A DNA stretch of 64,000 bases from an uncultured Methanosarcinales archaeon (lineage in GTDB: Archaea; Nanobdellota; Nanobdellia; Woesearchaeales; JASKKU01): positions 1,591 to 65,590 of the forward strand of contig CAYUJZ010000001.1 in assembly GCA_964445165.1 (NCBI GenBank). Reading direction: 5' to 3'. The position numbers and the translations under genes are program-made. Below are positions 37,339-44,922 of this stretch, piece after piece. Each line of letters opens with the position of its first letter. Position 1 is the stretch's first letter. Under the pieces are notes generated by a model. It worked only from the letters and a program-made list of their open reading frames with translations, had not been told where the DNA came from and ran no database searches.

Positions 37339-37647
37339 TTACCTTACCTTGATTGAGCTTGGCGGGAAGCCCTGCTCCATTAAGATGTCGTAAGCCTTTT
37401 TTACATGGTGGCCCTGAAGCTCAATTTCGTTTTTGCTAAAGGTTCCGCCACAAGCAAGCTTGTTTTTAAGCACCTTCGCCAGCTCCTTGACATCTATGTT
37501 GTCTGCCTCAATCCCTTTGATTACTGTGCAGATCTTTCCGAACCTCCTCTTTTCTGTGGAGATCCGAATCTCGAGGTTTTCCTTTGCTATTGTTCCGCAA
37601 ACGCAGAGCTCTTTTGGGAGCCCGCATGTCGTGCATATCTCACTCAT
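37339..37647 (-). CDS. translation initiation factor SUI1 (aIF1/eIF1 family)
   Basis: CTTCGLPKELCVCG...GKICTVIKGIE...LACGGTFSKNEIELQGHH. Confidence 0.8.
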   Translation of the reverse strand: MSEICTTCGLPKELCVCGTIAKENLEIRISTEKRRFGKICTVIKGIEADNIDVKELAKVLKNKLACGGTFSKNEIELQGHHVKKAYDILMEQGFPPSSIKVR

Positions 37648-37853
37648 TTGCTTTTTTGTTCAACTTTCGCATTAAGCAGGCTTTTTATCCTTGCTATATC
37701 TCTTTTTGAGTTCCTTATTTCTGATGCAACCTTCGAGTTTGTTGATGAGGCTCTCTGGTTATTAAGCTTAACCAGCTCCTGCCTGAGGCTGTTTAGTGCT
37801 TTCTTAAGCTCATCCACACTCATGTCATCAAACTTTCTTGAGCGCTTGCTCAT
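37644..37853 (-). CDS. rpl29: ribosomal protein L29 (uL29)
   Basis: MSVDELKKALNSLRQELVKLNNQRASS. Confidence 0.8.
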   Translation of the reverse strand: MSKRSRKFDDMSVDELKKALNSLRQELVKLNNQRASSTNSKVASEIRNSKRDIARIKSLLNAKVEQKSK

Positions 37854-38467
37854 TTCGCTTCACCTTCTGCTTTCTGCTTAATGGAAACATCATCTGGGAG
37901 AGTTACTCCTGGCGGCAATATTTTAACAACAACCCCTACAGAGCCTGCCTTAAGGCTTGCAACGCTGATGTTTTTTCGCACCAGTGTCTGTGCCGGGTTG
38001 CCGCACTTCTTCAGGTATCCTTTTGAAACTCTCCAGGTTCTTGCCCTTGCACCAGGGATCTTGCCTGACAGGACTACTTCAACCCCGCGGGCGCCGGCTC
38101 TCATAATCTTATCAATGGTTTTATGCATTGCTGACTTGAACCCGTTTGGGCCGAACCTTTGCAGGGAAACAACAATTCCTTCTGCCATAATCTTTGCATC
38201 AAGGAACGGGTTTTCTACTTCCAGCACTTCGATTTCGGGGTTTTCCAGCCCGAACTTTTCCTTAAGCTCATCTGAAAGGGAGATTATGTTTCTTCCCTTT
38301 CTTCCAACAACGAGGCCGGGCATTGAAGATGAGATTATTACTTTTTCTCCAAGCGGAGTCCTCTTAACTTCTACTAATGATATCCCAGCATTAGGGAATT
38401 TTTTGAATATGTATGCTCTTATGCTGAACAGGTTTACATTATTTTTGATAAAGGTACGCTCAATCAT
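37850..38467 (-). CDS. rps3: ribosomal protein S3 (uS3)
   Basis: KH domain GLVVGRKGRNIISLSDELKEKFG; GARGVEVVLSGKIPGARAR. Confidence 0.85.
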   Translation of the reverse strand: MIERTFIKNNVNLFSIRAYIFKKFPNAGISLVEVKRTPLGEKVIISSSMPGLVVGRKGRNIISLSDELKEKFGLENPEIEVLEVENPFLDAKIMAEGIVVSLQRFGPNGFKSAMHKTIDKIMRAGARGVEVVLSGKIPGARARTWRVSKGYLKKCGNPAQTLVRKNISVASLKAGSVGVVVKILPPGVTLPDDVSIKQKAEGEAK

Positions 38468-39210
38468 TTTTGATCGCCTCTCCTGGCTTTATTATCATAA
38501 TCTTGCTTTGATTCTTTTTGCTCTTTTTCAGAAGGCTCTTCTGGCTTACCCGCGGGTTTCTGCCCAGGCTGCTTCTTCTGTTCTTTTTTTTGTTCTGGCT
38601 CGAGCTTCTTTTCTTCTTTTTTCTCTGGCTTAGCTCTTGGCTTTGGCTTTTCCTGCTGCTTCTCTTCAACTTTGGTTTCTTTCTTTGCTGGCTTTGGCTC
38701 GGGCTTTTCTGCTGGTTTCTCCTGCTTCTTTGCTGCCTGCGGCCTTGGCTGCTTCTTTTCTTTTCTGCTTTTTGCACTGCCTTCCTTTTCTATCAGGATA
38801 ACCTGCAAGTGCGTGCTTTTCGCTGTCCTGCCTCTTTTTCTTCCGTATTTTGGCCTTGCGGTGCCCTTGTCTGCGCAGATCAGCTTGATTGCAAGGTCTT
38901 CCTTGCTTAGGCCTTTCAGGGATGCGTTTGCCTCAGCGTTCTTAAGCAGCTTAATGAAATAGCCTGCTGTTTTCTGGGGGTATCTTCCGGAAGCCATGTT
39001 TCTCTTATGCGCAACAGCATGGCCATACCTTTTGAAAGGCACTGCTATCTCTTTCTTAACCACGCCCTCAAGGAGAGCATATGCTCTTGTGAGCGGCTTA
39101 TTTTTGATAAACCGTGCTACCTCAACGCTCTGCTTAAGCGAGACCGGGATATTATCCATCCTTGCTCTTGCAAAGCTTTCCCCTTCCTTAACTTTTATTT
39201 TGTAATTCAT
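38464..39210 (-). CDS. rpl22: ribosomal protein L22 (uL22) with a ~100 aa K/E/P-rich C-terminal extension
   Basis: The conserved core covers about residues 1-150 (AVPFKRYGHAVAHKR...ADKGTARPKYGRKRGRTAKSTHL). The remainder is a KEKPEPK repeat-like tail. Confidence 0.85.
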   Translation of the reverse strand: MNYKIKVKEGESFARARMDNIPVSLKQSVEVARFIKNKPLTRAYALLEGVVKKEIAVPFKRYGHAVAHKRNMASGRYPQKTAGYFIKLLKNAEANASLKGLSKEDLAIKLICADKGTARPKYGRKRGRTAKSTHLQVILIEKEGSAKSRKEKKQPRPQAAKKQEKPAEKPEPKPAKKETKVEEKQQEKPKPRAKPEKKEEKKLEPEQKKEQKKQPGQKPAGKPEEPSEKEQKESKQDYDNKARRGDQK

Positions 39211-39227
39211 TTAAGTGCACCGTCCAA

Positions 39228-39611
39228 TCACTTGACTGAAGCGTGGGCTGTGGATTTTGTTGCCCCTATTCCTGGTGAATTGTGCTTCACCGGCTTTCTT
39301 GTTGGAACGAACTCCCCGAGCCTGTGGCCAAGCATCTCTGATGTTACCTGGATTGAAACAAACTCTTTTCCGTTGTAAATTGCGATTTTCTTGCCTACAA
39401 AAACAGGCAGCACAATCATATCCCTGCAATGGGTTTTTATGAAGTCCTTTTTCTTTGCCTTTTCTATAAGCTTTTTTTCCGGCTCAGTAAATCCCCTGTT
39501 AATTTTTCTCCTTTCCCTTGATGACAAGAGCTGGGAAAACTCCTTGATGCTCATTGAATTTATTTCGCTAAGCTCCTTTCCCCTGAATTGAATTTCTTTT
39601 GCCATGTTCAA
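39228..39611 (-). CDS. rps19: ribosomal protein S19 (uS19)
   Basis: GKKIAIYNGKEFVSIQVTSEMLGHRLGEFVPTRK. Confidence 0.85.
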   Translation of the reverse strand: MNMAKEIQFRGKELSEINSMSIKEFSQLLSSRERRKINRGFTEPEKKLIEKAKKKDFIKTHCRDMIVLPVFVGKKIAIYNGKEFVSIQVTSEMLGHRLGEFVPTRKPVKHNSPGIGATKSTAHASVK

Positions 39612-39615
39612 TCAC

Positions 39616-40329
39616 TCACTTTTTGCCTGTTCTCTTTGCAGCAATATAGCCGGCTTTTCTTCCTGGCGGCGCATGCCTGGAGACTGGCTTGGCTCTTGAC
39701 TTCCTCAGTGACCTCTTGTTCCCGAATGGATGGTCTACTGCATTCATTGCATTGCCTGAAACCTTTGGCCAGTTCTTATGCTTGTACTTTGCGAAAAAGC
39801 CTTTTGTTCCTGCCTTAAGGAATGGCTTGTCCACCCTTCCTGAGCCTGCAACAACGCCAATGGTTGCCCTGCAGCTAAGGCTGAAGGATTTCTCCTTTTT
39901 CGATGGAAGGAGCACGACTGCATGGGTTGGGTGCTTTGCCACAAGCTTTGCGCTTGAGCCGCCTGACCTGACGAACTTTCCGCCGTCTCCCGGCCTTCCT
40001 TCAAGATTAAAAAGGCTTGTCCCTTCCGGAACCTGCTTTAGCATAAGGACATTGCCCGGCTTAAGCTGGGCCGGGTCATAATATGAAACATTATCTCCTT
40101 CTGAAATGCCCTGAGCTGCAACATGTGCAAACTTCCTGCCGTTGTGGGCTATCTTAACTAAAGGTGCAGAGTGGGACCGGTCATCAAAGATTTCCTTTAT
40201 CCTGGCTGAAAAAGGCGCTGTCCCGTGCTCAAGGGGAATGTATTTTGCCTCTTCTTTTGCCCAGAATTTAGGGTACTTGTAGAGCGACGACCCTGAACCC
40301 CTCCTCTGAGCAATTATCCTTTTTCCCAT
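39616..40329 (-). CDS. rpl2: ribosomal protein L2 (uL2)
   Basis: GKRIIAQRRGSGSS...PGDGGKFVRSGGSSAKLV. Confidence 0.9.
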   Translation of the reverse strand: MGKRIIAQRRGSGSSLYKYPKFWAKEEAKYIPLEHGTAPFSARIKEIFDDRSHSAPLVKIAHNGRKFAHVAAQGISEGDNVSYYDPAQLKPGNVLMLKQVPEGTSLFNLEGRPGDGGKFVRSGGSSAKLVAKHPTHAVVLLPSKKEKSFSLSCRATIGVVAGSGRVDKPFLKAGTKGFFAKYKHKNWPKVSGNAMNAVDHPFGNKRSLRKSRAKPVSRHAPPGRKAGYIAAKRTGKK

Positions 40330-40345
40330 TTTGCCTCACCTGTGG

Positions 40346-40603
40346 TTATACCAGCCCCAGCTTTGTTGCTATGTCAAACGCCGGGGTCTCTTTTGAGATT
40401 GAAACAACAGCCCTCTTCTTGCCTTTTGGCGTTATCATTATTTTCACACCTTCAACCTTAACCTTAAAGGCACTCTCAACCTCTGCCCTGACATCTGTCC
40501 TTGAGGCATTGAAATCTACCTCAAAGGCTATCTTGTTCTCTGTCTCAAGCAGCTTGATGTACTTTTCCGAGTTTATTGGTTTTATGAGCACCATTTTTAT
40601 CAC
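40346..40603 (-). CDS. rpl23: ribosomal protein L23 (uL23)
   Basis: VLIKPINSEKYIKLLETENKIAFEVD...KVEGVKIMITPKGKKRA. Confidence 0.85.
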   Translation of the reverse strand: MIKMVLIKPINSEKYIKLLETENKIAFEVDFNASRTDVRAEVESAFKVKVEGVKIMITPKGKKRAVVSISKETPAFDIATKLGLV

Positions 40604-41409
40604 TTAAAAAGGCCTTTCTCTTCTATGGCCCTTACTGCTGATTCTGTAAAAAGCGTGAGCCTGCCAGGCACTCCGCCTGGTGCAAGCAGCTCTACGTTTA
40701 GCTTGTCAGCCGGGACAACATCCACGCCCGGGATGTTCCTGGCGCTTTTGCTAAGGCCTGCCTCTTTATTTGAAACAACCACGAGCAGGCTCTTTTTCCT
40801 GAGGTATCTTCTTCCCCGGGATTTTCCCTTGCCTGCCCTTTGGGTCTTTGCCTTAGCCCTTTTAATGTCAGCTGAAAAGCCGAGCTTCCCAAGGGCTTCT
40901 ATTGCTTTTTTTGTCTTATCTATTGACTCAAATTTCTCTGAAATTATAAAAGGGTAATTATCCGGGACTAAATGGCCCCGTGCCTCACTTAGGCTTTTAT
41001 CTAATACAGCTGAAAGCGCTGAGCGGAGTGCCTTTTTTCTCTCTTTTGTATTAAGGTGCTTTGCCCACTGTTTCTCTGATTTTGGGGGATGTGCCCTTCT
41101 TCCGCCGACTGTGCCAGGAACCTGGGCGCCAACCCAGTACATTCTTGTCCCTCTTCTTACAAGGATTTTTCTGGGGATTCTGGAGATGCCGAAGCCATAA
41201 GAGCCCCTGTAGTGCCTTCTCCTTCTTGAAAGGTCAGGTGCATATCTCTTGCCTGCCAGAGGGGTTGCCCCATATCTCTGCCTGCTGTTTGCCCTGATGG
41301 ACTCGAATGCCCTTTTAATCAGGTCAGCCCTGAATGGCTCCTGAAACTGTAAAGGCATCTCTATTTTGCCTGCTTCCTTGCAATCCAGGTCAAAAACGCT
41401 TATTTTCAT
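40600..41409 (-). CDS. rpl4: ribosomal protein L4 (uL4/L1e)
   Basis: 269 aa, in the position and with the composition typical of archaeal L4. Confidence 0.8.
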   Translation of the reverse strand: MKISVFDLDCKEAGKIEMPLQFQEPFRADLIKRAFESIRANSRQRYGATPLAGKRYAPDLSRRRRHYRGSYGFGISRIPRKILVRRGTRMYWVGAQVPGTVGGRRAHPPKSEKQWAKHLNTKERKKALRSALSAVLDKSLSEARGHLVPDNYPFIISEKFESIDKTKKAIEALGKLGFSADIKRAKAKTQRAGKGKSRGRRYLRKKSLLVVVSNKEAGLSKSARNIPGVDVVPADKLNVELLAPGGVPGRLTLFTESAVRAIEEKGLFK

Positions 41410-41422
41410 CTTCTAAACCTTC

Positions 41423-42406
41423 CTATTGGTTTGAGCCAAGGTCAATATGCCTAAGCTCATAAGACTCTGGCTTCTTTTGCCGCAATGGCTGGGTAAGCAC
41501 AACCGGCCTTCTCTGGCTCCCAAACACTGAGCCTTTTATCAGGATGTATGGATTCCTGACCAAGCCATAATGCAGGTAGCCTCCCTTAACATTAACTTTG
41601 GCAGGGTCATCTTCAATAGCAACAATAAGCTTGTTGTGCTCTGTCCTCTGGTGAAAGCCCATCTGGCCTGCTAAAGGAACCCTATAGGAAAAATGGCCTT
41701 TAGTGCCCCATGAGCCTAGAGAGCCTGGGCCTCTTTTTGTCTTCTCTGCCTTGTGGCTTCTCAGGTCAACCCCGAACCTCTTTACCGGGCCCTGGTAGCC
41801 TTTTCCTTTAGTTACACCGCGAACATCAACAAACTTTCCCTGTGAAACAAAATCCTTAGCAGAGATTGGCTTGCCTATTACAGACTTAAGGTAGTCAATC
41901 TTTTCCTGAACAGACTTTCCTCCAACTGCAACCTCAAGAAGCTCCGGGGTTTTCTTGTTAGATGAGATAAGGTTAGGCTGTGTGTAAATAACCGCCCTGG
42001 CATCAATAACGCCCTCAAGAAGCTCTGGGGTTAGCTTGTCAAGCGAGCCTTTCTTTGAGTCAATAAAGGGCATAAGCCTTTTAAGGCTCTTGCCTGAATC
42101 GACAAAGATTTCCCAGAAAAGCTGCTTTCCATAGTATGTGTTTTTGTATAGCCTGACTGATAAAACCTTTACTGGTGGGCACTCTAATACTGTTACCGGA
42201 ATAGAGATTGCCTGGCCTTTTGTAAGCGAGTTTGCACGGTTGTCTTTTACCTGTACTGAGGTCATGCCAACCTTGTAAGCGATGAAGCCCAGAAGCTTTG
42301 GCTCGGCAACTGCCGGGAAGCTTCTTGTCCTTGCAATTAGCCTGGAAGCCCTCTTCCTGGGCCAGTACTGCATCGTGCCCCTTTTAGGGTGTCTCTTATT
42401 TGGCAT
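41423..42406 (-). CDS. rpl3: ribosomal protein L3 (uL3)
   Basis: MPNKRHPKRGTMQYWPRKRASR..., first gene of the cluster. Confidence 0.9.
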   Translation of the reverse strand: MPNKRHPKRGTMQYWPRKRASRLIARTRSFPAVAEPKLLGFIAYKVGMTSVQVKDNRANSLTKGQAISIPVTVLECPPVKVLSVRLYKNTYYGKQLFWEIFVDSGKSLKRLMPFIDSKKGSLDKLTPELLEGVIDARAVIYTQPNLISSNKKTPELLEVAVGGKSVQEKIDYLKSVIGKPISAKDFVSQGKFVDVRGVTKGKGYQGPVKRFGVDLRSHKAEKTKRGPGSLGSWGTKGHFSYRVPLAGQMGFHQRTEHNKLIVAIEDDPAKVNVKGGYLHYGLVRNPYILIKGSVFGSQRRPVVLTQPLRQKKPESYELRHIDLGSNQ

Positions 42407-42637
42407 TTCAATCGACCTCAGAGAATCCTGTACTAGAAATCCGCGTCTATAGCGGAACCCTGCAGGATTCCTTGTCAGACGGTTAATGAATATGTGCGTA
42501 GCATATCCTTTGTCCGAAGTGCAAACCAGTGGATAGGTGGTTCATTTATAAAGCTTTTTGTTTGGCTAAACGAAAAAGGCAGGCAAACATTCAGCTGAAA
42601 CAAAATTTATAAACCGCACAGAAAAGCCTAGCCCCGC

Positions 42638-42710
42638 GGGGCTGTGGGGTAGCTTGGTAGCCTCCTACCTTGGGGTGGTAGTGACCCGGATTCAAATTCC
42701 GGCAGCCCCA
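42638..42710 (+). tRNA. tRNA-Pro (anticodon GGG), no encoded CCA
   Basis: I hand-folded the cloverleaf. Acceptor GGGGCTG/CAGCCCC, anticodon stem CTACC/GGTAG with loop TTGGGGT (U33, G37), T-arm CCGGA-TTCAAAT-TCCGG, discriminator A. Confidence 0.75.
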
Positions 42711-42820
42711 TTTTTTTTAAGTTTGCAAAATAAACAAGTTTATATTCTTAATCTGAAATAATAATTCAACAAGAGGAGGTAATTGCTATGAACTCTCAGG
42801 TTGTGGAAAAGCTGGCTGCG

Positions 42821-43039
42821 CTAAATACTGCAGCCTTTGGGCTGGTTGCAGCCAGGCATGGAATGATGCGATAAGGTCTTTATTTGCAGGGCCTTGCGGA
42901 GCTGAAGGAGCCGGGCCGTTGTGCGTGCTTTCTGGCGGAGACCCGTGGGTATACCAGTGCTTGTAACAATCTTGGCAGTAATTGCAACAATCTGGATTGC
43001 CAAGGTTGCTAAGAAGCAGAAGTAAGTGGTTTTTGCCAT
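42821..43039 (-). CDS. doubtful small ORF (72 aa, hydrophobic N-terminus) in a GC-elevated spacer
   Basis: ORF track only; overlaps a second antisense ORF and an SD-preceded 28-codon plus-strand ORF at 42788-42874. Confidence 0.15.
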   Translation of the reverse strand: MAKTTYFCFLATLAIQIVAITAKIVTSTGIPTGLRQKARTTARLLQLRKALQIKTLSHHSMPGCNQPKGCSI

Positions 43040-43276
43040 TTAATTCTTTCATTTTTTAACAGACAATCATAGATTATTTTCAAATACAGAATATTATTAC
43101 TATATTATTGATAATATTGTTATACTGTTGTTTTTTTCTTAGTTGCCCGATGATTTCTTCCCTTGCTAAACTGGAAAAGGAATCCGAAAAAAAAAGGGAA
43201 CCCCTGAAAAAACAGCAAAAAGCGCTCTCGGAAACCATAAATTTTTTAAAACCCAGCCAAACTCAGGGTTCCTACA

Positions 43277-43510
43277 ATGGCATACGAAAAAGAACTAGAC
43301 AAAGAGCTGTTTAAAACTGAAAGGGAATTTTTCAACTCGAAGATTGTTGTTTCTGTAATGAGCTACAATGAGGGAACACCAAAGATTCAGATATCTAGGC
43401 TCAACAAAAATGATGACCAATGGACTTTCTCTAAGCTTGGCAGGCTTACAAGCGAAGAGTCCGCTGCCCTGGTTGAAATGATAAAGGAAGCAAGGGACCA
43501 CCTTGCTTAA
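43277..43510 (+). CDS. small protein, possibly PC4/YdbC-like ssDNA-binding fold
   Basis: 77 aa with the pattern ...IVVSVMSYNEGTPKIQISRLNKNDDQWTFSKLGRLTSEESAALVEMIKEA. The resemblance is weak. Confidence 0.3.
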   Translation: MAYEKELDKELFKTEREFFNSKIVVSVMSYNEGTPKIQISRLNKNDDQWTFSKLGRLTSEESAALVEMIKEARDHLA

Positions 43511-43577
43511 TTTTTGTTTTTTCGGTTTCTCTTGATTCTAAAGCCTTAGGATTTTTGTGTAATTAGATAAAGTAGAA

Positions 43578-43652
43578 GCCCCTCCGATGGGATTCGAACC
43601 CACAACCTTCTCCTTAGGAGGGAGACGCCCTATCCAGGTTGGGCTACGGAGG
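43578..43652 (-). tRNA. tRNA-Arg (anticodon CCT), no encoded CCA
   Basis: Folded by hand on the minus strand: acceptor CCCTCCG/CGGAGGG, D-stem GCCC/GGGC, anticodon stem TCTCC/GGAGA with loop CTCCTAA, T-arm GTGGG-TTCGAAT-CCCAT. Confidence 0.75.
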
Positions 43653-43679
43653 GATAAGCGAAGCAGGTTCTGGCCTGTT

Positions 43680-44858
43680 TTAAATGTTTTGCGGAAATTC
43701 GATTACTTTTACATCCTTTAATGTTGCTTCCACAATCCTGTTTAGGCTAATCTGCTCAGCAAGCTGGCCTATGCTTTCCGGCTTAGACTTTGTTGCCGGG
43801 GATTTTGCAAAGATTGAGCAGCAGTCTTTGTATTTTTCTATGCTTAGCTCGTAAGTCCGGATTTTTTTTGCAAGCTCTATTATCTCATGCTTGTCGTAGC
43901 CTACAAGAGGCCTGAGAATTAAAGTGTTTATTCCATGTGACTGGCTTTTTAGGTTATCGAGAGTCTGGCTTGAAACCTGGCCCAGAGAGTCTCCTGTAAC
44001 CAAGCCCGGATAGCCTTTGTTCTCGGCAAGCCTGGATGCTGTCTCAAGCAGAAACCTCTTGAAAAGCAAAACCTCAAGCCTTCCATGCTCCTTTTCAAGC
44101 CCAAGGGAAGCTTTGTAGAAATGCTTGTATGGAGCCATGTAAAGCCTGCAGTGCGGCTGGAATTTTGAAAGCCTTTCTGCCATCCTTATTATCTTTGACT
44201 CTTTTGCCTGGGAATATGCGCTTGCATAAAAATGAATAAAGTCGAGCCTGCAGCCTCTTTTCATAATAAGAAATGCTGCAACTGGCGAATCAATTCCACC
44301 TGAAAGCAGGCTTAGCACTCTGCCTTCTATGCCTACAGGAAGGCCGCCAGGGCCCTGGTGCCTTTCAGAGAAATACAGGAATCCTTTGTTGTTAACTATT
44401 ACCTCTGCTGTAAATTCAGGCGACTTAAGGCTAACTGGCTTGGAAAACCTGGATGAGACAAGGCTGCCAAGCTCATAATTCAGCTCAACAGAAGTTTTTG
44501 GGTAGCTCTTGTCAGACCTTATCGTATTTATTTTGAAAGAGCCTGCTGAAAGAAACTTATGATTCTGGCTTAGGCTCTCAATAAGCGCTTGGGCAAGCTC
44601 TTCATAGCTGCCTGCTTTCCGTGCCTGGGCAAACCATGCCACCCCAAAGGTTGATGAAAGGATATCAGCTACCTTTTCAATTTCTTTTTCAGCTAAGCCC
44701 TGCTTAAACTCCAACAGTACTCTCATGTTTGAAACTGCTGCCTTAAATGTAAGCGTAGAAGGAATCATTGCAGAAATATTCCTAATCAGCTGCTTCTCAA
44801 ACAGTGGGCGATTTTTTCCCTTAAGCCCTATCTCCGAGTAGCTTATAATGAATAGCAT
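43680..44858 (-). CDS. thiI: tRNA 4-thiouridine sulfurtransferase ThiI (THUMP + PP-loop ATPase)
   Basis: LLSGGIDSPVAAFLIMKRG is the PP-loop SGGxDS motif, with an N-terminal THUMP-like region. Confidence 0.85.
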   Translation of the reverse strand: MLFIISYSEIGLKGKNRPLFEKQLIRNISAMIPSTLTFKAAVSNMRVLLEFKQGLAEKEIEKVADILSSTFGVAWFAQARKAGSYEELAQALIESLSQNHKFLSAGSFKINTIRSDKSYPKTSVELNYELGSLVSSRFSKPVSLKSPEFTAEVIVNNKGFLYFSERHQGPGGLPVGIEGRVLSLLSGGIDSPVAAFLIMKRGCRLDFIHFYASAYSQAKESKIIRMAERLSKFQPHCRLYMAPYKHFYKASLGLEKEHGRLEVLLFKRFLLETASRLAENKGYPGLVTGDSLGQVSSQTLDNLKSQSHGINTLILRPLVGYDKHEIIELAKKIRTYELSIEKYKDCCSIFAKSPATKSKPESIGQLAEQISLNRIVEATLKDVKVIEFPQNI

Positions 44859-44922
44859 AATAAGGCATAGTGAGTTAGCTGTGCTTTTAATATTTTCTGT
44901 ACAGGAAAAGGAAGAACAAGCC

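Noticed and set aside
38518-38962. Plus-strand ORFs (130 aa, 96 aa) of L/F/W repeats opposite the L22 tail
   Set aside because: Antisense artefact of the lysine-rich repeat encoding the L22 C-terminal extension.
42786-43052. SRP (7S) RNA in the GC-rich spacer near the tRNAs
   Set aside because: I could not find the conserved helix-8 GGAAGCAGCC-type motifs or a convincing extended helix by eye. It is kept only as an open question in the findings.
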